Source: an uncultured virus (IMG/VR IMGVR_UViG_3300044641_006529)
Taxonomy: Duplodnaviria > Heunggongvirae > Uroviricota > Caudoviricetes
Virus record (IMG/VR): IMGVR_UViG_3300044641_006529
DNA: 64,000 nt
Direction: 5' to 3' (one strand)
The notes beneath the pieces were generated by a model. That model saw only the letters and a program-made list of their open reading frames with translations. It was not told where the DNA came from and did not search any database. Both the position numbers and the translations under genes were made by a program. Shown one piece after another: positions 38,637 through 47,856 of the stretch; positions within the stretch are counted from its first letter, which is position 1; every line of letters begins with the position of its first letter.

Positions 38637-39379
38637 TGTTTCCAAAAGTTTTATTAGCGTGTCCTACTGCGGACGTTAAAAATTATTGTTTTGAGCAATG
38701 GATTGAAAACGTCTTTTCGCTAAACTATCCAAATTATGATATTCTAATGTTTGATAATTCAAACGATGGTGGCGAGAACGCTAAATATTTACAAAACTTT
38801 GTGTGGCAAAAATATGGGAAATTGGGCGAACGGTTTAAAGCCATCAACTCCCTTATTCAAAATGGTGTTCAAGCAAACAGCACTTATGTTAAATTGTGTA
38901 TGTCGCATAACGATTGCCGTACCTATGCTTTGAAAAACAACTATGATTATTTGTTTCATTTAGAAAGCGATATAATGCCCCCAAAAGACGTTATACAAAG
39001 GCTTATGTTTCATAAGAAAAATGTAATAGGTGGTGTGTACTATATTGCGGAGGGTAGCGGCAGAAGAAACATTATTTACCAACACCTTGAACTTGCTCCA
39101 ACACATTTAACTTCAATAGAAACGCTCGTTTCAGAAGAAATTAATTTAATGGATGGTGAAATAAAAAAAGTGGCACAAATTGGGCTGGGTTGCGTATTGA
39201 TAACACGAAAGCTATTGGAAAAAATACATTTTCGTTATGAAAATCATCGAACTTGCCACCCCGACACTTATTTCAATGAGGATTGTTATTCTATTAATGT
39301 ACCAGTTTATGCTGATACGTCTATTATATGCAGCCACGAAAACAAAGCGTGGGGAATTATAGGTTTGGATTTTATATGA
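38636..39379 (+). CDS. GT2-family glycosyltransferase
   Basis: VLLACPT, FDNS, FHLESD, GLGCVLI and PDTYF motifs. Confidence 0.8.
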   Translation: MFPKVLLACPTADVKNYCFEQWIENVFSLNYPNYDILMFDNSNDGGENAKYLQNFVWQKYGKLGERFKAINSLIQNGVQANSTYVKLCMSHNDCRTYALKNNYDYLFHLESDIMPPKDVIQRLMFHKKNVIGGVYYIAEGSGRRNIIYQHLELAPTHLTSIETLVSEEINLMDGEIKKVAQIGLGCVLITRKLLEKIHFRYENHRTCHPDTYFNEDCYSINVPVYADTSIICSHENKAWGIIGLDFI

Positions 39380-40164
39380 AAGATAAAGCGATTGCTTTTT
39401 TGTGTGTTCAACCACACGAAAAATTGTTGGATTTTGCCAACCAAATATTTGACCAGCTAAATATTGAGGTTTATATAATCGTTGACGATTTTGAATGGAA
39501 GCCTATGCACGGTAAATATACAACCGTACAAATAGCCGATGATATGGTTATTTCAAGGGGTTATGTTGGTTCTAACATAGGCACTAACCATACTATGATT
39601 AATAAAAGAGTTGTTGCTATGGATAAATGTTTATACTGGTTTTGTGAGTGTGTAGATTATAGGCAAATTTGGTTTTTTGAGGACGATGTTTTTATACCGT
39701 CAATAGATGCGCTAAAAAACCTAATTACAAGATATTCTAAATATGACCTCATAACGCCCAATAATTTTAAAAAAACCGATGCTGCAATGGACTGGCATTG
39801 GAAACATATATTTGAATCTATAAAGCCTCCATATTATTATTCTATGGTTTGCGCTATGGGTATATCAAAAAAAGTATTACGGGCTATAAAGCAATATGTA
39901 GAGCAAAATAACAAGCTGTTTTATTTGGAAGCTATGTTTAACACTATTGCTATGCAAAAGGGGTACAGAGTAGTGGGCGCAAAAGAGTTAAAATCTATTG
40001 TATGGCTTGGGGACTGGACGTTAGACCAAATGGTACAATTGCCCAACAATATTTATCACCCTATTAAAAACATTTCCGAACACCCGAAAATGCGGTTAGA
40101 ACTGGCTAAATTAATTAAATCAAATTATAAAGCTACTGATGTCATTCCCGAATTTTTGCTTTAA
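39376..40164 (+). CDS. Putative glycosyltransferase
   Basis: IIVDD, IWFFEDDV and YHPIK motifs; ATGA overlap favours a start at 39376. Confidence 0.65.
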   Translation: MKDKAIAFLCVQPHEKLLDFANQIFDQLNIEVYIIVDDFEWKPMHGKYTTVQIADDMVISRGYVGSNIGTNHTMINKRVVAMDKCLYWFCECVDYRQIWFFEDDVFIPSIDALKNLITRYSKYDLITPNNFKKTDAAMDWHWKHIFESIKPPYYYSMVCAMGISKKVLRAIKQYVEQNNKLFYLEAMFNTIAMQKGYRVVGAKELKSIVWLGDWTLDQMVQLPNNIYHPIKNISEHPKMRLELAKLIKSNYKATDVIPEFLL

Positions 40165-40267
40165 TTATACAATATTAAACATCGTAACAATCTATATATT
40201 AAATTAATACAAAGTATTATTGGCTTTGCGTACAAGCTATACAAGCCTATTGCTAATTAGGTTTAAA

Positions 40268-40275
40268 TAATTTTG
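40268..40275 (+). promoter_or_regulatory. TAnnTTTG element upstream of the capsid operon
   Basis: TAATTTTG about 30 nt before ATG 40306. Confidence 0.45.
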
Positions 40276-40305
40276 CTTCCATACTAATAGTTAAAAGCGA
40301 AAGCT

Positions 40306-40410
40306 ATGTTTACGAAAAGCAATTTAATATCTGCTGGAACTACATTAATCGTTGTAATGATTGGATTGTACGTTCACGATAAGTTTGTTGTTAAGATGAT
40401 TAAAAAATAA
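40306..40410 (+). CDS. Small membrane protein (34 aa), below the ORF-track cutoff
   Basis: MFTKSNLISAGTTLIVVMIGLYVHDKFVVKMIKK. Confidence 0.6.
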   Translation: MFTKSNLISAGTTLIVVMIGLYVHDKFVVKMIKK

Positions 40411-40565
40411 TCATTAAACGCAACGGAGTTGGCATACCCCGTACCTTTCTTTATGCTGTGTCTTTATAGACAATTGTGCATTAGCCAAAAAGTGAAAAGC
40501 GATAACGCAGAAGCCAAAGAGAACCAATTAATTTTTTTGTTTAACAATTTTCATTTTTAGAACCG

Positions 40566-41303
40566 ATGAACTCAATCGAAAACGAACTTCACGGGTATAT
40601 TAACGGAACAGAGGCAATGAGTGGATTCGATTCATACGATTCTTACGAAGGCGATATGAGTTACTTCGATGATGATTACGATTCATTCGATGGTGACGAT
40701 TTTTCGTATGCTGCTGGTACTCCGAACGTTGGTGTTTCTGACCCATACGTTATTTCATACCAAAACACAACTACTGCGACTGCAACTGCAACCGTATTTG
40801 GTTACAACAACTTTTTTGGCGATACGGCTAACAACTTTAACAATACTGGCTTTGTGGTTACAAACTTACAAGGTGGTACTTATGGTCGTTTGATTGCACA
40901 ATCAAACAACAAGCCGTTCAAAATCGGAAAATGGCGTTTCCAATCAACTACACCTACCAACTTGCAGCAAACGATGGCAATTAACCACGTTGACGCAAAC
41001 GGTAAGACATACACCGTACCTTTGAACTTATCAATTATGCGTGATGCTTACCAGCAACAGTCTGATATTATTGACGTTACCCGTCCAGTTACGGTGGATG
41101 CCAATACATTCTGCACACTTCCCGTTGCTGGTTCATCAACCGTAGTGATTTCAATGTTCCCAGTTTCCATCCTAAGTGGTGCTGCCGAACTTAACGGAGG
41201 TCGCTTTATGAACCAAGCCCGTGCGCCACGTTTAAGTGGTAAAAACGTTGCTCCAGTTGTAATTCAAACAACGCAAGACGTAAAAGGGATTACGAAAGGT
41301 TAA
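40566..41303 (+). CDS. Candidate major capsid protein (single-jelly-roll-like) with acidic N-terminal propeptide
   Basis: About 150-aa alternating beta-strand core; codons typical of high expression (TTC, AAC, TAC, GGT, CGT); long leader and own terminator; first large gene of the virion module. The fold is inferred. Confidence 0.6.
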   Translation: MNSIENELHGYINGTEAMSGFDSYDSYEGDMSYFDDDYDSFDGDDFSYAAGTPNVGVSDPYVISYQNTTTATATATVFGYNNFFGDTANNFNNTGFVVTNLQGGTYGRLIAQSNNKPFKIGKWRFQSTTPTNLQQTMAINHVDANGKTYTVPLNLSIMRDAYQQQSDIIDVTRPVTVDANTFCTLPVAGSSTVVISMFPVSILSGAAELNGGRFMNQARAPRLSGKNVAPVVIQTTQDVKGITKG

Positions 41304-41322
41304 AACGTAGCAAATAAATAAG

Positions 41323-41366
41323 AGGGGGCGAGGCGTATCTAACTATTTGCCTTGCCCCTTTTTTTT
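41323..41366 (+). terminator. Rho-independent terminator after the candidate capsid gene
   Basis: GGGGCGAGGC...GCCTTGCCCC followed by T8. Confidence 0.85.
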
Positions 41367-41378
41367 AAAACTTATATT

Positions 41379-41936
41379 ATGCGTAGAGGCGGTACACGAA
41401 AACCAAAAAAAGATATTACCTTAATGACTTTGTTATCACAAGAAGCCACTAAGGATTCACGGGACTTGTTGAAAAAATACAACATTCCCGATGCGAAAAA
41501 CTACGCTGATTTAGAACAAAAACTTGCCGATTTATACTATAAGTCAACCGACAAAATTGGCATTGAAAAAGATTTAGCGCAAATTCACCCGCACAAAAAT
41601 TGGCTACTAAAACGACTTGTTGAAGAAAAGAAAGAACAAGAGCCGAAAGAGGTAGTTCAAAAAGAAATTATTTCCGAACAAACCACTCAGCAACCAAACA
41701 TAACTTGTTGCGGCAATCCTTATTGCCCAGCGCACGGGTGTATGGGAATGGGAATGGGAATGGGACGTTACAGAGGCGGCTATTCCTACATTGATGATAT
41801 GCCTATTCCACCAACACCATCATTAAGACCCGAAGAAAGCAAAAAAGGTATAGACTTAAAAGACTACATTGGGTTTGCTGGAGTAGTGGCAATTATTGGA
41901 ATGGCTTTTTACGTAGTAACAAAAGCTAATAAATAA
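41379..41936 (+). CDS. Virion-module protein with C-terminal TM anchor
   Basis: YIGFAGVVAIIGMAFYVV followed by basic residues; ATG 41379 lies after the terminator. Confidence 0.7.
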   Translation: MRRGGTRKPKKDITLMTLLSQEATKDSRDLLKKYNIPDAKNYADLEQKLADLYYKSTDKIGIEKDLAQIHPHKNWLLKRLVEEKKEQEPKEVVQKEIISEQTTQQPNITCCGNPYCPAHGCMGMGMGMGRYRGGYSYIDDMPIPPTPSLRPEESKKGIDLKDYIGFAGVVAIIGMAFYVVTKANK

Positions 41937-41937
41937 A

Positions 41938-42351
41938 ATGGTAGTATATACAAATTCAGAAATAAGGGTTTTAACACCAAACGGTGAACACCAAAACTTT
42001 ACAGAAACCGCAGATACAATTCCAAGCGGTACTGAAATGACTGGTATTTTTAAAACCGTACAAGGTATGCGTAGGGGTGAGCCTTTTGCATATCGTGTTT
42101 TTATGTCTGATAAAGGTGAAATAGTTTATGCTGATAGCGTAAGCCCCAAAATGAATATTCTACCCGAAATTATGTCAAGTGCTGATGGAGGCAAAACCAA
42201 CTATTTACCAATAGTTATTGGAGTTGGTGGCGCAATATTAGGCTATTTTGCTACACGAAAATTAAAACAACACATACCCTACCAGCCCATAATTATTGCT
42301 GCTGGAGTAGGTGTTGCTTCTTACTTTCTTTACAAAAAACTCAAAAATTAA
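41938..42351 (+). CDS. Virion-module protein with two C-terminal TM helices
   Basis: SSADGG precedes two hydrophobic helices. Confidence 0.7.
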   Translation: MVVYTNSEIRVLTPNGEHQNFTETADTIPSGTEMTGIFKTVQGMRRGEPFAYRVFMSDKGEIVYADSVSPKMNILPEIMSSADGGKTNYLPIVIGVGGAILGYFATRKLKQHIPYQPIIIAAGVGVASYFLYKKLKN

Positions 42352-42369
42352 TATCAAATACACTCAATT

Positions 42370-43725
42370 ATGGCACAAGCAACAATTATTCGTTTAGGCG
42401 ATGCCAATTTTTCACCAGCAATGTTTTCATTCGATGCTGACTATGGTGATGTTTCAGAGTTTCGTGGTCGTGGTCGTGCAAGACGACAAGCCCGTAGACA
42501 AGACAGAGCCAAAAAGCGTGATGAACGCAGACGCACCCGACAAGAGGCACGTCAAGGGCGAAAAGCTGCACGTCAAGAGCGTAGAGCAACAATGCGAGAT
42601 ACACGCAGAGCAAGACGAGAAGAGAGCCGAAACAAGCGGAATGAGGCAAGATTAGCACGTAGAGAGCGCAGACAAGAGTCCCGTGAAACAAGGCGTGATA
42701 TGAAGGCAAGAGCCGAATCTGCCCGTGATTTAGAAGCAGCACAAACACAATCTGAAATAGATGAACTAACACCAATGCCAGTTGATGAAGGTGGCTACGA
42801 TGAAGGTGGTTACGCTGATGAAGGTGGTTATGCTGATGAAGGTGGCTACGATGAAGGTGGCTATGCTGATGAAGGTGGCTATGCTGACGAGGGTGGCTAT
42901 GATGATGAAGGTGGCTATGATGATGAAGGTGGTTATGATGATGAAGGTGGCGAAGATTATGGTTTTGACGGAGATACATTTAGTATGTTTGACAAAGGAG
43001 AAGAATTGCCAATTGAAGCACGGGTCGATGATTTAGAAATCAATCCAGCAGTTTTAGACGTTGCAAAACGTATTGAATGGAACAAGGAATTGTGCTGCCA
43101 GTTATGTGAAAAAGCTGGTAGTGGTTCTATGCCACAAGAACTTGCAGAAAAGGAAATTGATAAGGCACAGTTGCGTATTGATGAATTACAAAGCTGTATG
43201 GATGCCTATTGCAATTTTGATGGCGACTTTTTTGATTCGGCTGATGGTTTAAAGAAATTTAAGTTTCAACCACGCAGAGCGGCAACCAAAGAAGAACGTG
43301 CAAGACGTATTTCAGCACTTCGTAAAGCATTAACAGTTGCTAAAAATGACCGTACACGTATCAGCGGTAAGCGTAAAAAATTACGTGAAATGGCAAAACG
43401 AGGTAATCGCCTTGCTAAAAAAATGTTAGAGCGTGAAAACTTGAAGCGTTTAGCATTGCAAGGTACTGAGGCGGGAATGAAAGGGCTAACTCAAATCCAG
43501 TCCAGTTTACAGCCTAATGTTGCACCACAAAGCATTGTCATTCCAGCAAAATCTAACGCAGACGGATATTCTAATTCATACGACTTAGATGCTGAAAACG
43601 TAGATATTTACTTGGGTGCAGATGGCGATAAAACAACTAAGTTTCCAGTTAAGCCAATTTTAATTGGTTTGGGCGTGGCTGCTGTGGTTGTTGCTGGCTA
43701 CTTTATTATTAAGCGCAATAAATAA
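42370..43725 (+). CDS. Arg-rich/acidic-repeat core-like protein with C-terminal TM anchor
   Basis: About 85-aa Arg-rich block, ten DEGG(Y) units, second basic block, TM helix. Confidence 0.75.
   Translation: MAQATIIRLGDANFSPAMFSFDADYGDVSEFRGRGRARRQARRQDRAKKRDERRRTRQEARQGRKAARQERRATMRDTRRARREESRNKRNEARLARRERRQESRETRRDMKARAESARDLEAAQTQSEIDELTPMPVDEGGYDEGGYADEGGYADEGGYDEGGYADEGGYADEGGYDDEGGYDDEGGYDDEGGEDYGFDGDTFSMFDKGEELPIEARVDDLEINPAVLDVAKRIEWNKELCCQLCEKAGSGSMPQELAEKEIDKAQLRIDELQSCMDAYCNFDGDFFDSADGLKKFKFQPRRAATKEERARRISALRKALTVAKNDRTRISGKRKKLREMAKRGNRLAKKMLERENLKRLALQGTEAGMKGLTQIQSSLQPNVAPQSIVIPAKSNADGYSNSYDLDAENVDIYLGADGDKTTKFPVKPILIGLGVAAVVVAGYFIIKRNK
42784..42951 (+). repeat. Coding tandem repeat of ten 15-18-nt units encoding (A/D)DEGGY
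   Basis: Visible GATGAAGGTGGYTAY units. Confidence 0.9.
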
Positions 43726-43736
43726 TAAGTACAAAT

Positions 43737-44387
43737 ATGGCTACATTCATAAACAAGTTTAATTACGCTCTTAAAGAGGGCGATTTGCAAGAGGCAAACG
43801 CAGAATTAATGCGTGAGTTAGCCGCTATACTTGTTCGTGATAAAGCCGACTTTGTAGATATGCTGAATGAATCGGGCGTATTGGCTGATGTCGAAACGCC
43901 CGATGCACAGCTTATTGAGTTATTTGTAACCAATGTAGGTCAAAACAAAAAATTAATGCTCAATTCGGCACTATTAGTTAACCAACACAATCGTAAAATG
44001 GGATTTGATGGGGAACAAGAGTTAGACGACAATTTGGTTAAGGAAAGTTATTTGTGTATGAAATCTTGTTTTACTGACGAGCCAATAGGGGAAAATTACT
44101 CAAACATTGCTCCAGCGTTGCTTGTACCCCTTATCGGTGCGGGTGTAAAATTAGCATCAAAAGGCGTTGACGCTGCTGGTAAAAGAAGGAGCGAAAAAGA
44201 CCAGCAAAAATTGGCTAAACAGCAAATGATTGAAGAAGCCCGTAGGCGAAAAGAGGAAGAAAAACGTAGGCTTAGAGAGGAAAAAGAAAAGCGTGAAGAA
44301 CGTAGGCGAAAAACTATGTTGTATGCTGGAGTTGGAGTAACGGGGTTGCTTATAATTGGTTTTATCGTTTATCGGGCAACTAAATGA
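43737..44387 (+). CDS. Virion-module protein with charged coiled coil and C-terminal TM
   Basis: MLYAGVGVTGLLIIGFIVY. Confidence 0.7.
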   Translation: MATFINKFNYALKEGDLQEANAELMRELAAILVRDKADFVDMLNESGVLADVETPDAQLIELFVTNVGQNKKLMLNSALLVNQHNRKMGFDGEQELDDNLVKESYLCMKSCFTDEPIGENYSNIAPALLVPLIGAGVKLASKGVDAAGKRRSEKDQQKLAKQQMIEEARRRKEEEKRRLREEKEKREERRRKTMLYAGVGVTGLLIIGFIVYRATK

Positions 44388-44485
44388 ACAAAACACTATC
44401 ACTAATTATAATTATTGGACTTGGTATTTATTTTTACAATGGGTATAAAAAAAGCCAGTCCGAAAACAAACCAAAAATAAAATAA
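44384..44485 (+). CDS. Small membrane protein (33 aa), below the ORF-track cutoff
   Basis: MNKTLSLIIIIGLGIYFYNGYKKSQSENKPKIK; ATGA overlap with the upstream gene. Confidence 0.65.
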   Translation: MNKTLSLIIIIGLGIYFYNGYKKSQSENKPKIK

Positions 44486-44486
44486 G

Positions 44487-44999
44487 ATGGCTCTTAAAAC
44501 ATACATAATGACATCGGACTATAAAGCCCCCTACGTTACAGCAACGGGTGTGCCTCATAATCCGTCCTCCATTCGACTAAAAAAATTTAGAAAAGGTCAA
44601 ATTGTTAAGGGTGAAATGAAACACGCTAATAATAAGCCATCATTTGTGCTTGTTAATGGTGTTTGTGTAGTTCCTATTGGTTGCCTAAAAGAACTCGTTA
44701 CCAAAGAAATTAAGGTGGCTGTTGACGGCACAAAGAGTAGTGCTGAACAAGTAGTGCCAAATATGGTTCAGCCGCCTAAAATAAATACAAATCCCCAAGT
44801 ACGCTATATGGATGCAGCATTAATTGGCGGTTTAGTTGGTTTTGCACTTGTTTATCTTGCTGAAAAACAAGGTATATTACAGCCAAGTGAACAACACAAT
44901 TATAAGCTATATGGGGCAATAGGTGGCGCATTGCTGGGGGGGTATTACGTTTATCGTAAAAAAACACAAGTTAATGTTAAACGAATTGAAAAGGAATAA
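44487..44999 (+). CDS. Virion-module protein with two C-terminal TM helices
   Basis: AALIGGLVGFALVYL and LYGAIGGALLGGYYVY. Confidence 0.7.
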   Translation: MALKTYIMTSDYKAPYVTATGVPHNPSSIRLKKFRKGQIVKGEMKHANNKPSFVLVNGVCVVPIGCLKELVTKEIKVAVDGTKSSAEQVVPNMVQPPKINTNPQVRYMDAALIGGLVGFALVYLAEKQGILQPSEQHNYKLYGAIGGALLGGYYVYRKKTQVNVKRIEKE

Positions 45000-45002
45000 A
45001 CT

Positions 45003-45389
45003 ATGGAAGTTACTACATCAGCACCTATTTTAATTGATGGTCAAAATAATATAGAGGATTATTATAATGCCAATGCAAATAGACGTGCAAGAAATCGCTC
45101 ACGCAGACGCAGAGGCGAAGGCTTTGGACAAAATCTTCAACGTTTGTTGAAAAACCCTTTTGTTCAAAATTTGGCATCGGCAAAATTAGGCATTAAACCA
45201 GTTGAGGATGAAGGTGGGAACACGGGTTCGTCAATTCCCGATTTGCCATCAAGCGGTGAGCCAATGAAAGCTAAACAAGGAATGTCAACGGGAGTTAAAG
45301 TTGCAATTGGAGTTGGAATTTTAGCTGTTATTGGGGTAGCAGTATATTTTGTTTTGAAAAACAAAAAAGGCAAAGCTAAAACTACATAA
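45003..45389 (+). CDS. Virion-module protein with Arg patch and C-terminal TM
   Basis: RRARNRSRRRR; VAIGVGILAVIGVAVYFVL. Confidence 0.7.
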   Translation: MEVTTSAPILIDGQNNIEDYYNANANRRARNRSRRRRGEGFGQNLQRLLKNPFVQNLASAKLGIKPVEDEGGNTGSSIPDLPSSGEPMKAKQGMSTGVKVAIGVGILAVIGVAVYFVLKNKKGKAKTT

Positions 45390-45390
45390 T

Positions 45391-45978
45391 ATGGAAATCA
45401 TTACACGCAATCCAGTTTGGACAGATTCGGATTATTACTTATATGCTTCGGGAAGGCGAAGAAGGACGGGTATTCGTAAGAAAAAGCGATATGGTTTAAA
45501 TAAAGCCATAGGTTATCATCCAACGGTTGCAGCAGTTCGATATTTTAAAGATAGAAGTGACGAAAACAAACGACTGGACAGACAAGCTGCGGTAAACGAA
45601 AGGCGCAGACAAGAAGGGGGCAGACCACCAAGACGAAACGAACGTCAAGTTACGGGTGGCGGCAGACCACCAAGACGAAGCGAACGTCAAGTTACGGGTA
45701 GCGAAAGCCCATCGCCACGTAGAAGCAGACCAGCACCTAAAAGACGACCAGTTTTGCCAAGAGGGGCAAGAAGAACGTCAGCTACGCCACCACGCCCCGA
45801 AAACAGACCGCCAAGACCGCCACGCCCCGAAGGAAAGCCTAACACCCAACCAGTTGACAAACCAGCCGAAACAACACAATCGTTTTTGAAAAACAAGGCT
45901 GTGATAATAGGTATAGGCGTTTTAGTTGTTGGTGTAATTGGTTATTTCATTTTTAAATCGTCTAAAGCGAACAAATGA
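45391..45978 (+). CDS. Arg/Pro-rich protein with C-terminal TM
   Basis: Duplicated GGRPPRR.ERQVTG; VIIGIGVLVVGVIGYFIF. Confidence 0.7.
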   Translation: MEIITRNPVWTDSDYYLYASGRRRRTGIRKKKRYGLNKAIGYHPTVAAVRYFKDRSDENKRLDRQAAVNERRRQEGGRPPRRNERQVTGGGRPPRRSERQVTGSESPSPRRSRPAPKRRPVLPRGARRTSATPPRPENRPPRPPRPEGKPNTQPVDKPAETTQSFLKNKAVIIGIGVLVVGVIGYFIFKSSKANK

Positions 45979-46760
45979 TAACAAGCCAATACGATAGTAA
46001 TAATAGACGATTTTGTTTAAGCATTTATGTTTCCACACCAACGCCCAAAAAATTCAGAATATGGGCAGAAGATTTAGGAAAACGCAATAGCAAATATGTC
46101 GATAGGGAAATTGAAGTAAAAGATAAACGACAAATATTTCTTTCATTTCCAGTTTCCCCAGCTAAACTATTTATTGGCTGTGCCAACGTTGACAGCCCAA
46201 CGGACAAAGATTTTAAAGTTCAAATGATTGAATCTGCCCTAACAGATTACAACGTTTGGCTTGACCAAGACACTACAAACTTTTTAAAACTTGCAATTCC
46301 ATTTAGTCAAGTATGTGGCTTTAAAGGAGCAAATGCACAAGGAAAGGTGTTTGAGTGCAAAGATAAAACGTTTAGAATTAAGTATTTTGACGTAATAAGA
46401 GATTTCAGAGCGGGCATTATTAATACCCCAGCACGTATTGGACACACTACTGGCACTATTGAGGTTGCTAAAGCAAAGTTTGACAAATACACTATTCCTA
46501 TGCGAATGATGATTTTGTTACACGAATTTTGCCACAAGTATAAAAACCCAAAAATAGGACTGGAAATATCCAACGAAGTTGGGGCAGACATTAATGCCTT
46601 ATACATATATTTAGGATTGGGGTTTTCAAAGATTGATGCAATTTGTGTTTACGCTAACGTATTTCTAAAAGCACAAACGCAAGGTAATATCCATCGGATG
46701 CGTAAAATAATGGATTATATTAATAAATTTGAAAACGAAAGTTTTGCTTACCGAAATTAA
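45975..46760 (+). CDS. Zincin-like metalloprotease (HExxH), candidate maturation protease
   Basis: ILLHEFCH (HEFCH at 46521-46535) followed by E-x2-AD-x2-A, a gluzincin-like third-ligand pattern. Confidence 0.7.
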   Translation: MITSQYDSNNRRFCLSIYVSTPTPKKFRIWAEDLGKRNSKYVDREIEVKDKRQIFLSFPVSPAKLFIGCANVDSPTDKDFKVQMIESALTDYNVWLDQDTTNFLKLAIPFSQVCGFKGANAQGKVFECKDKTFRIKYFDVIRDFRAGIINTPARIGHTTGTIEVAKAKFDKYTIPMRMMILLHEFCHKYKNPKIGLEISNEVGADINALYIYLGLGFSKIDAICVYANVFLKAQTQGNIHRMRKIMDYINKFENESFAYRN

Positions 46761-46766
46761 AAAGCT

Positions 46767-47855
46767 ATGTTTCACGAACAAGATGAAGAATTTGTTGATT
46801 TCGATTACGAAAACTTTGTATTAAACACCGAAGAAGATGCTAATACAGAGGGTGAAGAATATGGCTATGCCAATGGGGATGGCAATGGTGAGGAATATGA
46901 AGATGATTATGCCGTTGATAATAGTGATGCCTTTGACGACATTGATGATTTCGTTATTGAAACCGATTTCTCCGAAGTAACTGGTAAATCATATAAGCAA
47001 ACGACTAAAAAAGTTGGGCGAAGATTAGATACACGAAGCAAAAGACTGTCAAAGCGTAAAGCAGCACCGCAACGCAATCCTATTCGTAGAAGAACACCCC
47101 AACCAGTTGAAAAGCAGCCAAGACTTTCACGTAGAGTACCCAAAAAGCCTTTGTCAAGAACGCACGGAGTTGAAGAAGGAAATTACAAAATAAGAGGTCA
47201 AGCTGAAAAGAAGATTGGAAAAGTAATTGTTCCAAGAGATAGAAAAGTAATAGTTGAGGGGGTTAGCAAATTTATTCTCAGCGATAAAGGGGAAAAAGCA
47301 AAAAAAATAGGGTATTACAAGGGTAAAAAACTGAGGGAATTAAATATCATAATTAACAACTTGGGCGGTACAGATTTCACCGTTAATTTATTTGACCCTT
47401 CGATGCCATTGGACTATTTATTTTCAACTGGTAATAACCTCAACAATAAAGTAATAATTGCTGGTGGGCAAGTTAGCTATTCTGATATGCTTTATAACAT
47501 TTTGGCTAACCCAACAATGATTGTTAAAGGGCAAATGAATATTGCTGGTGCATCACCTACTTTACAAGGCAACCAAAGACTTTTTATTTACGACAAGTCA
47601 ATAGATGGAACACAAGAAATAACACCATTTAATATTGACCTACAAGTAGATACAATGCAAGTTTTCGCAGACGTAATTTACTTTGACTTGAAACAAGCTA
47701 TTGGCAAACCTTTCATTCCCGATGGAATGGAAACAATTCAATATAAAGTGTTGGCTGGCAATTCAGTAACATTTACATTTTTCTACACCCAAGTTTCATT
47801 AAAGAAATTCTTTTATAAAGAAGCAAGAGTAAGTAAGACACGCAAACTAATTTAG
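46767..47855 (+). CDS. Capsid-protein paralogue with acidic then basic N-terminal extension
   Basis: The C-terminal ~150 aa align by eye with the core of ORF 40566. Confidence 0.6.
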   Translation: MFHEQDEEFVDFDYENFVLNTEEDANTEGEEYGYANGDGNGEEYEDDYAVDNSDAFDDIDDFVIETDFSEVTGKSYKQTTKKVGRRLDTRSKRLSKRKAAPQRNPIRRRTPQPVEKQPRLSRRVPKKPLSRTHGVEEGNYKIRGQAEKKIGKVIVPRDRKVIVEGVSKFILSDKGEKAKKIGYYKGKKLRELNIIINNLGGTDFTVNLFDPSMPLDYLFSTGNNLNNKVIIAGGQVSYSDMLYNILANPTMIVKGQMNIAGASPTLQGNQRLFIYDKSIDGTQEITPFNIDLQVDTMQVFADVIYFDLKQAIGKPFIPDGMETIQYKVLAGNSVTFTFFYTQVSLKKFFYKEARVSKTRKLI

Positions 47856-47856
47856 A

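Noticed and set aside
42784..42951. Tandem repeats resembling a CRISPR array
   Set aside because: Units are 15-18 nt, contiguous, in frame and vary at synonymous positions; there are no spacers or cas genes.
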